This document shows, in pieces, positions 1 through 9,215 of a stretch of DNA of 64,000 nucleotides. Where the stretch lies: contig OZ220089.1 in assembly GCA_964291625.2 (NCBI GenBank), positions 3,680,001 to 3,744,000 on the forward strand, in the 5' to 3' direction. The DNA is from Candidatus Latescibacterota bacterium. Its GTDB lineage: Bacteria; Latescibacterota; UBA2968; UBA8231. The notes beneath the pieces are model-generated. The model had not been told where the DNA came from and ran no database searches. It worked only from the letters and a program-made list of their open reading frames with translations. The position numbers were made by a program, and so were the translations under genes. Every line of letters starts with the position of its first letter. Positions within the stretch are counted from its first letter, which is position 1.

Positions 1-700
1 CGGCCCAGTCGCCCACGTCCGGCGGAGGCAGGTCGCGGTCGATGTAGCGGTCGTAGTAGAACCGGGGCGGCGTCAGGGGGGGATGGGGATCGATGAAGGA
101 GAGGTTGAGGAAGAAGGGGCAGCTCGGGTCGCGGCGCTGGAGGAACTCCATGGCCCGGTCGATCACCCAGAAGGTGTGCATCTGCTCCTCGGGCAGGTGA
201 TGGGGGCGTCCCACCCAGCCGTTGGACGACACGCCGTGAGCCATGCCCGGGTCGACCTCGCGGCGGCCGTGCATCTCGCGCAGCCACTTCACGTACTCGT
301 TGTCCCCGCCCCGGGTGGAGTTGGCCAGCTGCATGTGGTCGAAGCCGTAGCGCCGGCGGTCCGGGTGCAGGTGCAGCTTGCCGATCATCTCGGTCTGGTA
401 GCCGGCGCGGGACAGCTCCCCGGCCAGGGTGGCCGGCGGGTTCCACTCGACGCCGCCGCGGAAGCCGACGGCGCCGTTGGCCGCCGGGGCCGTGCCCGAC
501 ATGAGGCTGCGCCGCGCCGGGATGCAGCTCGGGCTCTCGGCGTAGGCGTGGAGGAAGTGGGCGCCGGAGCGGGCCAGGGCGTCGAGGTTCGGCGTCTGCA
601 GCGGCGCCGGGGCCACGGGGTCGGCGGCCACGCAGTCGCCGCGCTGCTGGTCGGTCATCACGAGGAGGATGTTGGGGCGCTCGTTCACGGTGGGCGGCAT
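1..700 (-). CDS. Sulfatase (formylglycine-dependent arylsulfatase family), 3' end outside window
   Basis: Manual translation from ATG at 700: MPPTVNERPNILLVMTDQQRGD...SPSCIPARRSLMSG...GKLHL...DPHPP. Contains the CxPxR signature. Not in the ORF track because it has no stop in the window. Confidence 0.9.
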   Translation of the reverse strand, partial: MPPTVNERPNILLVMTDQQRGDCVAADPVAPAPLQTPNLDALARSGAHFLHAYAESPSCIPARRSLMSGTAPAANGAVGFRGGVEWNPPATLAGELSRAGYQTEMIGKLHLHPDRRRYGFDHMQLANSTRGGDNEYVKWLREMHGRREVDPGMAHGVSSNGWVGRPHHLPEEQMHTFWVIDRAMEFLQRRDPSCPFFLNLSFIDPHPPLTPPRFYYDRYIDRDLPPPDVGDWA

Positions 701-762
701 CCTTGTGCAGGAGGGGGGGGAACGCGTCACAGGATAGGGCGGCGCCGAAGGGGGCGCCAAGG

Positions 763-1611
763 TCAGCCGGCGGCCACCCAGTGCCGGTAGAGGGGCTTCA
801 CCGCCTCGGGCAGTTCGGCCCAGACCTCGGGCCGGATCTCGGGGGAGGCGTAGTTCTTGGCGTTCGTCTCCACCACCATGGCGGTGTGCTCGGCCGAGCC
901 TTCCCGCGCCGGCTCGAGGTTGAGCCACCACGGGGCGTAGCGCACGACCAGGGCCACGCGGTCCTCGTCGGAGCGGTTCGGCGGCACGGCGTGCCACAGG
1001 CGGCTGTCGTAGACGAGGACGGTCCCGGCGGTCCCCACGGCGTGGGTCTCCGTCGGGTACGGGGCGTCGCGGTCGACGCCGGGCAGGGTCCCTGCCGAGG
1101 GGTTGGTCCCGAAGCGGTGGCTGCCGGGGACCAGCAGGGTGCCCCCGTTCCGAGCCGTGAAGTCGGTGAGCATCCAGATCGTCGACAGGTGCAGCAGGGC
1201 GTCGGGGTAGGGCGCCGGGATGTGGCTGGCGTTCGTCTGGTTGTAGGGCCAGTCGGAGTGCCAGTAGCCGCGGCCGCAGCCCGGGCGGTTGATGACGCAG
1301 TCGGTGGTGGTGATGCGGAAGTGCTCGCCGAAGAAGGCCCGGCAGATCGCCAGGACGCCCTCGTCGCTCAGGTAGGGGGCGAAGCCCTGGGTTTCGTTGA
1401 TGACCCCGCGCAGGCTGTCGACGCCGGTGACGCTGACGCGGTGGCCCTTGGCGCGGATGGCGGCCAGCATCGCCTCGGACTCGGCGCGGCGGCGGCCCTG
1501 GGCCTCGACTACGGCGTCGCGGATGGCAGCGGTCTCGCCCTCGGGGATGACCCCGGGCAGGAGGGTGAAGCCGTCGTGGCGGATGCGGCGCTCGGCCTCG
1601 GCGGCGTTCAT
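763..1611 (-). CDS. Phytanoyl-CoA dioxygenase (PhyH) family Fe(II)/2OG dioxygenase
   Basis: C-terminal part of ORF 763..2541. Start MNAAEAERRIRHDGF overlaps the hemL stop (ATGA). Motifs WHSDW, NGGTLLVPGSH, RLWHA...NRS...R. Confidence 0.88.
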   Translation of the reverse strand: MNAAEAERRIRHDGFTLLPGVIPEGETAAIRDAVVEAQGRRRAESEAMLAAIRAKGHRVSVTGVDSLRGVINETQGFAPYLSDEGVLAICRAFFGEHFRITTTDCVINRPGCGRGYWHSDWPYNQTNASHIPAPYPDALLHLSTIWMLTDFTARNGGTLLVPGSHRFGTNPSAGTLPGVDRDAPYPTETHAVGTAGTVLVYDSRLWHAVPPNRSDEDRVALVVRYAPWWLNLEPAREGSAEHTAMVVETNAKNYASPEIRPEVWAELPEAVKPLYRHWVAAG

Positions 1612-2906
1612 GGCGCGATGCGGCCGAGGACCCGGCCCGCGGCCTCGACGGTGCGGTCCACCATCTCCTCGGTGTGCCGCGTCGACAGGAAGCCGGCCTC
1701 GAAGGCGGAGGGGGCGAGGTAGATGCCCTCGTCGAGCATGCCCCGGAAGTAGCGCTGGAACAGCTCGGTGTCGGTCCGGCGCGCCTCGGCGTAGCTGCGC
1801 ACCGGCCCCGGGTGGAAGAACATCCCCACCATGGATCCGCAGTGGGCGACGGTGGCCGGCACCCCGGCTTCGGCGGCGGCCCGGCGCATGCCTTCGACCC
1901 AGCGCCGGCCGAGGGCCTCCAGGCGCTCGTAGGGGTCGGTGTCGCGCAGGTGGCGCAGGGTGGCCAGTCCCGCGGTCATGGCCAGGGGGTTGCCGGACAG
2001 GGTGCCGGCCTGGTACACGGGACCGGCCGGGGCCAGCTGCGACATCAGCTCCGCCCGGCCGCCGAAGGCGCCCACCGGCAGGCCGCCGCCGATGACCTTG
2101 GAGTAGGTGCTCAGGTCGGGGGTGATGCCGAAGCGCTCCTGGGCGCCGCCGAGGGCGACGCGGAAGCCGGTCATGACCTCGTCGAAGATCAGCAGGATGC
2201 CGTGCTCCGAGCACAGGTCGCGCACGCCCTGCAGGAAGCCCTCCTCGGGCGGCACGAGACCCATGTTGCCGGGCACCGGCTCGAGGATGACGGCCGCCAC
2301 CTTCCCGGGGCCGATGCCGTCGACGGTGCGGCGCAGCAGGTCGAGGTCGTTGAACTCGATGCTCGCCGTGCAGCGGGCCACGTCGCCGGGCACGCCGGGG
2401 GAGCCGGAGATGCCGAAGGTGGCCACGCCCGAGCCGGCCTCCACCAGCAGGCCGTCGGAGTGGCCGTGGTAGCAGCCGTTGAACTTGATCACGTGGTCGC
2501 GGCCGGTGACGCCCCGGGCCAGGCGCAGGGCCGTCATGCACGCCTCGGTGCCGGAGTTGACCATGCGCACCATCTCCACCGAGGGCACGATCTCGCAGAT
2601 CAGCTCGGCCATCTCCACCTCGATGTCGGTGGGGGCGCCGAAGCTGGTGCCGCGCCCGAGGACGCCCCCCAGGGCCTCGACGACCACGGCCGGCCGGTGG
2701 CCGAGGATCAGGGGCCCCCAGGAGCCGACGTAGTCGATGTAGCGGTTGCCGTCGGCGTCGACGATCTCGGCGCCGTCCCCGTCGCGGATGAAGAGGGGCT
2801 CGCCGCCGACGGCCTGGAAGGCGCGCACGGGACTGTTGACGCCTCCGGGAATCACCCGGGCGGCACGGTCGTAGAGGGAGGCGGAAGTCGACTGGGAACG
2901 GGACAT
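1608..2906 (-). CDS. hemL: Glutamate-1-semialdehyde 2,1-aminomutase
   Basis: IPGGVNSPVRAF, SFGAPT, NSGTEA, GCYHGH, FDEVMTGFR, SKVIGGGLPVGA, YQAGTLSGNP. Confidence 0.95.
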   Translation of the reverse strand: MSRSQSTSASLYDRAARVIPGGVNSPVRAFQAVGGEPLFIRDGDGAEIVDADGNRYIDYVGSWGPLILGHRPAVVVEALGGVLGRGTSFGAPTDIEVEMAELICEIVPSVEMVRMVNSGTEACMTALRLARGVTGRDHVIKFNGCYHGHSDGLLVEAGSGVATFGISGSPGVPGDVARCTASIEFNDLDLLRRTVDGIGPGKVAAVILEPVPGNMGLVPPEEGFLQGVRDLCSEHGILLIFDEVMTGFRVALGGAQERFGITPDLSTYSKVIGGGLPVGAFGGRAELMSQLAPAGPVYQAGTLSGNPLAMTAGLATLRHLRDTDPYERLEALGRRWVEGMRRAAAEAGVPATVAHCGSMVGMFFHPGPVRSYAEARRTDTELFQRYFRGMLDEGIYLAPSAFEAGFLSTRHTEEMVDRTVEAAGRVLGRIAP

Positions 2907-3141
2907 GTGGAGGAGGTCCTTCGGTTGGCCGGATCGGCGTGGAAGCCCTGAAGCTACGGAGCCCCGCGGGCCCCGGACAGAGCCGCCCGGACTCCGTGAC
3001 AGGGACCGGGGCCGTGGCTACATTCGGCGAGGTTCCCGTCGCGGCCCGGCGCCTCCCAGCCGCTCAAGGAGTGCCACCGCCGGCCGCGACCCGGCTGCCG
3101 CGGCCTCCCTCATCAAGCCTTCTGCGACCGCCCATTCCCTG

Positions 3142-4533
3142 ATGGCAAGGATCTCCCTGCGCTCCCGCGCCTGGCACGGCGACACCGACATCGAGCTGGC
3201 CGTGCCCGACGCCTGGAGCGTCGAGGTCCTGCCTCCGGCGGACGCTCCCGAGCTCGGCGAGGAGGAGTTGGCCCGCGCCCTGCAGGAGCCCACCGCAGGT
3301 CCGACCCTGGGAGAAGCCGCCCGCGGCAGGGAGACGGCGCTCATCGTCGTCGACGACCTCGGCCGGCCGACGCCGGCCCACCGCATCGTCCCCCACCTGC
3401 TGAAGACCCTGGCCGAGGCCGGTGTGCCCGAGGGCGGCATCTCCTTTCTCGTGGCCACCGGCTCCCACCGGCCGCTCACGGACGAGGAGAAGGAGCGCAA
3501 GCTGGGGGCCGAGGTCTGCCGCCGGTACCCCGTCCACTGCCACGACGCCTTCGGCCCGGACCTGCGCGACCTCGGGCGGCTGCCCTCCGGCATGCCGGTG
3601 ATCGTCAACGGCCGGGTGGTGGATGCCGGAATCGCCATCGGCGTCAGCTGCGTCCTGCCCCACACCATGACCGGCTTCAGCGGCGGATGCAAGATCCTGC
3701 TGCCCGGGTGCGCCGGGATCCTCAGCATCGCCGAGCTGCACAGCTTCGAGGCCAAGCGTCCCCGCGGCGGCACCGAGCCGGCCACGCGCCGCCCGGACGC
3801 CCGCGAGGTGATTGAGGCCTTCGCCGAGCGCGCCGGCCTCGACTTCTCCGTGAACGTGGTGGTCAACTCCCGGCGGCAGATCGCCGCCGTCGCCGCCGGC
3901 GAACCGGGCCCCGCCCACGCCGCCGCCGTGGAGCGGGCCAGACGGATCTACCGCACCGAGATCCCGGAGGAACTGCGCCGGCAGGCGGACCTGGTCATCG
4001 CCAACGCCTACCCCCTCGACGCCGATCCCGTGCAGGTCTCCAAGTCCCAGTGGCCGCGGCGGGTCTTCCCCGAGGCGCGGCTGGTCCTCCACGACGCCGC
4101 CTGCGACGGCATCGCCTACCACGGCTGGAGCGAGTTCCAGAAGGCCTCGGTGCTCAACATGCTCTGCGGCGCCGTCAGCCAGGCGCGCACCGACGGCTGT
4201 TGCCCGGGCCTGGTGGGGACCCTGCTCGGCCTGGCCCCCTTGCGCGAGCTGGGCCACCGGCGGCTGCGGCGCGAGGCCGAGCGGACCGACGTCAGCTACC
4301 GCGCCTACGAGGAGGGGCGGGGCACCATCCGCCGCAACACGGCGGCCAAGCGGGTCATGGCGCGGCGGGGACCCCTGGTGCTCTGCTCGGAGGGCTTCCC
4401 GGAGTGGAAGCGGCGGATCCAGTTCCCGAAGGCGGGGCTGTACCGGTCGTGGGAATCCCTGGCGGCGGACCTGCCGGCGGACAATCTGCGGGTGGCCGTG
4501 CTGCCTTGCGCGCCGCTGCAGATCCCGGCGTAG
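3142..4533 (+). CDS. LarA/DUF2088 nickel-pincer-dependent racemase/epimerase family protein
   Basis: Start MARISLRS at 3142. Motifs VDDLGRPTP, ATGSHR, PH..GFSGGCKILLPG, DLVIANAYPLD. Confidence 0.8.
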   Translation: MARISLRSRAWHGDTDIELAVPDAWSVEVLPPADAPELGEEELARALQEPTAGPTLGEAARGRETALIVVDDLGRPTPAHRIVPHLLKTLAEAGVPEGGISFLVATGSHRPLTDEEKERKLGAEVCRRYPVHCHDAFGPDLRDLGRLPSGMPVIVNGRVVDAGIAIGVSCVLPHTMTGFSGGCKILLPGCAGILSIAELHSFEAKRPRGGTEPATRRPDAREVIEAFAERAGLDFSVNVVVNSRRQIAAVAAGEPGPAHAAAVERARRIYRTEIPEELRRQADLVIANAYPLDADPVQVSKSQWPRRVFPEARLVLHDAACDGIAYHGWSEFQKASVLNMLCGAVSQARTDGCCPGLVGTLLGLAPLRELGHRRLRREAERTDVSYRAYEEGRGTIRRNTAAKRVMARRGPLVLCSEGFPEWKRRIQFPKAGLYRSWESLAADLPADNLRVAVLPCAPLQIPA

Positions 4534-4547
4534 CAGACTCCCTCCGG

Positions 4548-5717
4548 CTACTCCATCAGCGTCGCGGTATCCCGCCATCCCAGGACGGTTCCGTGGGCGC
4601 GGTCCTGGCGCTCCTCGCCTCCGTAGACCAGGTAGTAGTCCTGCTCCATGGGCAGACCCGCCGCCAGCTTCCGGTAGTAGCGCAGGCCCTTGAACTGGTC
4701 CGTCCCCAGCGTCGTTCCCGCCTTGATCTCGACCACCTGCCGCCGGCCCCCCCTTTCGTAGAGCAGGTCCAGCTCGTTGCCGGTGTTGTCCCGCCAGAAG
4801 TAGAGGTCGGGACGGCGGCCGGCGTTGACGTGCTCCTTGATGATCTCGGAGATGACCCAGTTCTCGAAGATCGCCCCGCGCAGGTAGTGGGTGGCGAGCT
4901 GTGCGGCGGACTCCAGACGCAGGAGCGAGCAGAGCAGGCCCGTGTCATGGAAGTAGAGCCTGGGCGACTTGATTAGGCGCTTGGAGAAATTCTCGTGGTG
5001 CGGAGGCAGCAGGAAGGCGATGTAGCTGGCTTCGAGGACCGAGATCCAGGCGCGCACCGTCTTGTAGTTGATCCCCAGGTCGTTGCCGAGGCCGCTCAGG
5101 TCGAGCAACTGTCCAACCCTTCCGGCGCAGGCCATCAGGAAGCGCTGGAAGGCGCCCAGGTCGCCGATGTTGCGCAGGCTCCTCACGTCGCGCTCGACGT
5201 AGGTCTGGATGTAGGCAGGGTAGTAGTCGGGGGGGTCGATGCCCCGGTCGTAGAGGACCGGGTAACCCCCCCTGAACAGGCTCTCGTCCAGGCTGGCGGC
5301 GGCGCCGGCTCCAAGCTCCCGCCGGGAGAAGGGCAGCAGCGTCAGCGGCGCCACGCGGCCGGCCAGGGACTGGCTCACCTGCTCCATGAGGAGGAAGTTC
5401 TGCGAGCCGGTGAGGACGAACTGCCCCATGGTGCCGCGCTCGTCCACCAGGACCTGCAGGTAGGAGAACAGGGGTGGCACCTTCTGCGCCTCGTCGATGA
5501 TCAGCCCCCGGTCTCCGTACTGCTCCAGGAAGCGCCGCGGATCCTCCTCCGCGGCGGAACGATCGTCGAGCCGCTCGAGATTGACGTAGGCGTAGTCCGG
5601 GAAGATGCCGCGCACGAGGGTGGTCTTGCCCGACTGGCGCGGTCCGGAGACCGAGAGGATCGGATAGAGTCCGGCCAGCTTCTGGAGGTGAGGGCCTAGA
5701 TGACGTCGAACGCGCAT
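4548..5717 (-). CDS. AAA_14/DUF4143 ATP-binding protein
   Basis: GPRQSGKTT Walker A, IIDEAQ, LTGSQ, SLAGR, GGYP, KSPRLYFHDTGL, E.D...EIK C-terminal nuclease-like motif. Confidence 0.9.
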   Translation of the reverse strand: MRVRRHLGPHLQKLAGLYPILSVSGPRQSGKTTLVRGIFPDYAYVNLERLDDRSAAEEDPRRFLEQYGDRGLIIDEAQKVPPLFSYLQVLVDERGTMGQFVLTGSQNFLLMEQVSQSLAGRVAPLTLLPFSRRELGAGAAASLDESLFRGGYPVLYDRGIDPPDYYPAYIQTYVERDVRSLRNIGDLGAFQRFLMACAGRVGQLLDLSGLGNDLGINYKTVRAWISVLEASYIAFLLPPHHENFSKRLIKSPRLYFHDTGLLCSLLRLESAAQLATHYLRGAIFENWVISEIIKEHVNAGRRPDLYFWRDNTGNELDLLYERGGRRQVVEIKAGTTLGTDQFKGLRYYRKLAAGLPMEQDYYLVYGGEERQDRAHGTVLGWRDTATLME

Positions 5718-5756
5718 TCTTTACAAAATAGGAATCGAGATCCTGTTTTGTAAAGA
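5718..5756. promoter_or_regulatory. AT-rich inverted repeat abutting the start codon of the DUF4143 gene (candidate operator/promoter)
   Basis: TCTTTACAAAATAGGA-N7-TCCTGTTTTGTAAAGA, 15/16 complementary. Confidence 0.6.
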
Positions 5757-5830
5757 CGAGGTGGCCCCGCGAGCGGCGAGTGCTGCCCGCGCGGCTGCAG
5801 ATCCCGGCCTGAATCCCCGCCCGCCCGCCG

Positions 5831-6934
5831 CTACTCCACCGGCAGCTGGTACCCCTCCTTCATCACCTCGATCTTCGCCAGCACCGAGGCCTGGCCCTGG
5901 GATCGGTCCCCGTAGGTCACGTAGAGGGTGCGGGACCGCTCGCCGCGGCCGAAGCCGACGTTGGTGGGCAGGGTCGGCGTGGGGATCCAGGCCCGCTCCT
6001 GGCCCTCGGGCGAGTAGACGTAGATCCCGGGGCGGGTCATGTCGCGCACCGCCACGTAGAGGTTGCCCTCCACGTCGCAGACCAGGCCGTCGGGGCCGTC
6101 CTGGGGGGCGTAGTCGACCAGCACCTCGCGGAAGGTGGCGGAGCCGTCCTCGGCCAGGTCGTAGGCCAGCAGTGCCATGCGGCCCTTGGGCGGCGGCGGG
6201 GTGCCCGGCGGAAACCGGTCGAAGGCGGGGCTGCCGTTGTCGTTGGAGACGACGTAGAGGCTCTTCTGGTCCGGCGACACGGCGACGCCGTTGGGCTTGC
6301 CGGCGTCGGTGATGATGCGGGTGATCGAGCCGTCGGGGTCGATGCGGTAGACGCCGAAGACCTCCTGCTCCATTGGCTCGTGGCCGAGGTACTTGGGGTC
6401 GGAGAAGTAGATGCGGCCCTTCTCGTCGAGGGACAGGTCGTTGGGCGCGTTGAGCCGGTAGCCATTGTAGTGGCTGGCGAGGATCACCGACTTGCCGGTG
6501 GCCATGTCGGTGCGCGTCACCCGGCGGCCGCCGTGGTCGGCGCCCTCGCAGGCGATCAGCCGTCCCCGGGCGTCGAACTTCAGGCCGTTGGACATGCCGC
6601 TCGGCGAGCGGAAGACCTCGGTGCGGCCGGTCTCCGGGTCGTAGCGCATGATGTGGCCGGCCTGGGGCGGGTCGCCGGAGACGTGGGTGAAGGTGATGTC
6701 GCTGAAGTAGACGCGGTTGTCGGGGGCCACCGCCGGCCCCTCGCTGAAGAAGGCGCCGTCGTAGAGCACCTCGAGACGGGCCCCCGCGGGCAGGATGTCG
6801 GGGTCGGTCAGCTCGAGGGTTTGCAGCACCGGGGATGCGCCTTCTGGGAAGGTTCCCTGCGCAAAGGCGTCGGGAGCGGCGTGGGCGAGCAGCACGGCGA
6901 GCAGGGATGTCCGGGCGAGCAGTGATCGTCTCAT
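5831..6934 (-). CDS. Secreted SMP-30/gluconolactonase family beta-propeller
   Basis: Start MRRSLLAR with signal peptide and AGGAG RBS. Motifs SEGP, SNGL, APNDL, KPNGVAVSPD, PDGL, PTNVGFG. Confidence 0.88.
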   Translation of the reverse strand: MRRSLLARTSLLAVLLAHAAPDAFAQGTFPEGASPVLQTLELTDPDILPAGARLEVLYDGAFFSEGPAVAPDNRVYFSDITFTHVSGDPPQAGHIMRYDPETGRTEVFRSPSGMSNGLKFDARGRLIACEGADHGGRRVTRTDMATGKSVILASHYNGYRLNAPNDLSLDEKGRIYFSDPKYLGHEPMEQEVFGVYRIDPDGSITRIITDAGKPNGVAVSPDQKSLYVVSNDNGSPAFDRFPPGTPPPPKGRMALLAYDLAEDGSATFREVLVDYAPQDGPDGLVCDVEGNLYVAVRDMTRPGIYVYSPEGQERAWIPTPTLPTNVGFGRGERSRTLYVTYGDRSQGQASVLAKIEVMKEGYQLPVE

Positions 6935-7139
6935 GAACTGACTCCTTGGCCGGCGCGCATCAGGGGCGCCTGGGGTGGATCCGCCTATCCGGCGGATGGA
7001 GAGCAGAGGCGGCGGCCTCCGAGGTCCGCCCGGGACCTGAAGACGGGTGCGGGGTCCGAGCCCCGCGATGTTGAGAGGAGCGCCCCCGGTGGACAAGGGG
7101 CATTCGGTCGCGCAGCGGCTCGGCCGAGTGGCGGGCCAC

Positions 7140-7970
7140 TCAGGCCTCCTGCGCGCCGAGCCGGTCGAGCACCCGGCGCAGGGCCGCCGTTGCGGTGGCG
7201 AAGCGCTCGGCGCCGGTGCCGCCGAAGTCGGGGTCGTCGGCCCTCAGGTGGGGCTCGATCGACAGGAAGCCGCTGAAGCCGCGGTCGAGGGCGTCTCCGA
7301 GGACGGCCTCCACCTCGCCGTCGCCGTGACCGGCGGGGACCACCCGGCCGCTGGCGGCGACCTTGTCCTTGATGTGGAACCAGACCACGTGGTCGGCGAG
7401 CCGCTCCCAGGCCTGCCGCGGATCGGAGCCGCAGGTGACGAAGTTCGCCGGGTCGAAGAGGCCGCGCAGGTGGGGGCTGCCCACCGACTCGATCAGGTCG
7501 GCGCAGCGCTCGGGCACGTCGCCGTAGATGCCGCTCTCGTTCTCGTGGACGAGGGTGATCCCCGCCTCGGCGGCGGCGGCCGTCATGCGCCGCATCTGGC
7601 CGATCACCTCGCCGCGCACCTGCTCTGCCTCCTCGCCCTCGTGGCGGAAGGAGAAGACGCGCACGAAGCGGCAGCCGAGCTGATCGGCGCGGCGCAGGGC
7701 GACCTGAAAGCGGGCGAAGTGGGCCTCCAGGTCGGAGCGGATCGGCGTCTTACCGATGGGCGAGCCCACGCTCGACACGTCGATGCCGGCGTCCTCCAGC
7801 CGGCGGCGGAAGGCCGCGGTCTCGTCGTCGGACAGGTCAAGGACGTTGGTCCCGCCGAGGCCCCGGACCTCCACGTGGCGGACCCCCGCGGCGAGCAGGC
7901 CGTCGATCTGCTCCCCGCCGTCGGCGGCGATCTCGTCGGCGAAGCCGGTGATCGTGACCGGGCCCCTCAC
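7140..7970 (-). CDS. Sugar phosphate isomerase/epimerase (xylose-isomerase-like TIM barrel)
   Basis: GTG start overlapping the upstream stop. TGFADEI, LVHENE, FDPANF, FHIKD, SIEPHL. Confidence 0.85.
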   Translation of the reverse strand: MRGPVTITGFADEIAADGGEQIDGLLAAGVRHVEVRGLGGTNVLDLSDDETAAFRRRLEDAGIDVSSVGSPIGKTPIRSDLEAHFARFQVALRRADQLGCRFVRVFSFRHEGEEAEQVRGEVIGQMRRMTAAAAEAGITLVHENESGIYGDVPERCADLIESVGSPHLRGLFDPANFVTCGSDPRQAWERLADHVVWFHIKDKVAASGRVVPAGHGDGEVEAVLGDALDRGFSGFLSIEPHLRADDPDFGGTGAERFATATAALRRVLDRLGAQEA

Positions 7971-9193
7971 GGCGAGCCTTCCGGCGGCCACGGGTCGAGG
8001 CAGGCGCCGCCGGGCGAGGGCGCCGTGGGCCGCCAGCGCAGCTCGTGGAAGGAGCGGTAGGCCACGTCGAGCCAGGGCGTCTCCAGGCGGACGTGGCCCT
8101 CGTAGCGGGAGGTGAGCGCCGCCTCGAGGACGCCGCTGGTCAGCAGGGTGCGCTCCACCGGGTACTGGAACCGGCCGCTGAGGAACATCTCCTCCACGTT
8201 GAGGCCCAGGTAGCTGAAGTGGGCGTAGGCGCCCTCGGAGCCGCCGTGGCCCTGGCACTTGAACCAGGTCGCCTCCACCTCGCCGCCGGAGCGCCGCGAG
8301 GCGTAGGCCAGCTCGGAGAGATAGCCGTTGAGCATGACCACGGCGCCGCGGAAGCCGTCGCGGTACTCCAACAGGAAGAGGGCCGGGTTCTCGCAGTGGT
8401 CCTCCATCTCGCCCGCCTCCTTGCGCCCGCTCCCGTCCACGGTGGCGCACGCCGCCCCGGCCAGCTCCCGCCACCAGGCGCCCTCGCCGCGGCCGTGGGC
8501 CCAGGCCGCCTCGCCCTCCAGGCAGGTGACGGCGGCGACCCCGGTCTCGCCGCCGGCTCGGCGCTCGGCCATGCACTGCAGCACCTCGAGGGTGTGGAAG
8601 CCGTAGATGTCGAGGCCGGAGAACCCCACGGCCACGGCCTCCTGCAGCGGCGTGTCCAGCTCGTGCTCGAGGAAGGGGTCGCGCCAGCAGACGGGCAGCG
8701 AGGAGCCGGCCATGAAGGGAGCCCCCAGTTCGGCGGCGCGGTCGCGCATCCACAGGGCGTCCTGCCAGCGCCAGGACAGGTGCTTGTCGTTGAAGACCGG
8801 CGCCGCCCGGCCGCTGGTGGAGAACACCCCCGTGATCTGCTCCATGAAGTGCCGCCGGGGATAGAGGTGCTGCTCCTTCTCGTTGAAGGCGTAGTCGCCG
8901 TGCTCGCCGATGAGCAGGACCCCGTCCACGGCCAGCTCCCCGGTGCCGAGGGTCAGGGCCTGGACGATGCTGCGGCTCACGGGCACGCCGAAGGCCTCGG
9001 CCGTGGCCAGGCCGATGTCGTTCTCCGCCACCTGGTCCATGTAGAGGGAGACGATCTTCGAGCGCGGCTCGACGAACCCGTCGTCGGTGGGGAATCCGCG
9101 CAGGTACTTGCCGACGATGACGTCGGCGTGGGAACGCGGCCGGTACTCGGTGACGACGGCGGCGATCCTCGGGCTCTCGGTGCCTTCGCTCAC
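7967..9193 (-). CDS. Conserved hypothetical oxidoreductase-like protein (Gfo/Idh/MocA-like N-terminus)
   Basis: C-terminal part of ORF 7967..9676, GTG at 9193. SHADVI..., VDGVLLIGEHGDY, FNDKHLS, MAGSSLP. Coupled with the downstream gene. Confidence 0.7.
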   Translation of the reverse strand: MSEGTESPRIAAVVTEYRPRSHADVIVGKYLRGFPTDDGFVEPRSKIVSLYMDQVAENDIGLATAEAFGVPVSRSIVQALTLGTGELAVDGVLLIGEHGDYAFNEKEQHLYPRRHFMEQITGVFSTSGRAAPVFNDKHLSWRWQDALWMRDRAAELGAPFMAGSSLPVCWRDPFLEHELDTPLQEAVAVGFSGLDIYGFHTLEVLQCMAERRAGGETGVAAVTCLEGEAAWAHGRGEGAWWRELAGAACATVDGSGRKEAGEMEDHCENPALFLLEYRDGFRGAVVMLNGYLSELAYASRRSGGEVEATWFKCQGHGGSEGAYAHFSYLGLNVEEMFLSGRFQYPVERTLLTSGVLEAALTSRYEGHVRLETPWLDVAYRSFHELRWRPTAPSPGGACLDPWPPEGSP

Positions 9194-9215
9194 GGGCGGT
9201 CCTCTCCTTGGTGTG

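Noticed and set aside
83-2951. Long plus-strand ORFs (83..790, 703..1722, 1674..2951) and many similar overlapping ORFs throughout the window
   Set aside because: Antisense or off-frame shadows of real genes in GC-rich DNA. They are Arg/Gly/Pro-rich and carry no family motifs.
3062-3076. Minus-strand TGGCACTCCTTGAGC upstream of hemL as a fourth sigma54 promoter
   Set aside because: GG-N10-GC spacing holds, but the -12 element is GAGC rather than TTGC and no RBS or sORF follows. Too weak to call.
6935-7139. Structured leader upstream of the gluconolactonase (ATCCGCC-TATCC-GGCGGAT hairpin)
   Set aside because: Short GC hairpins are expected by chance at this GC content, and no riboswitch signature was recognised.
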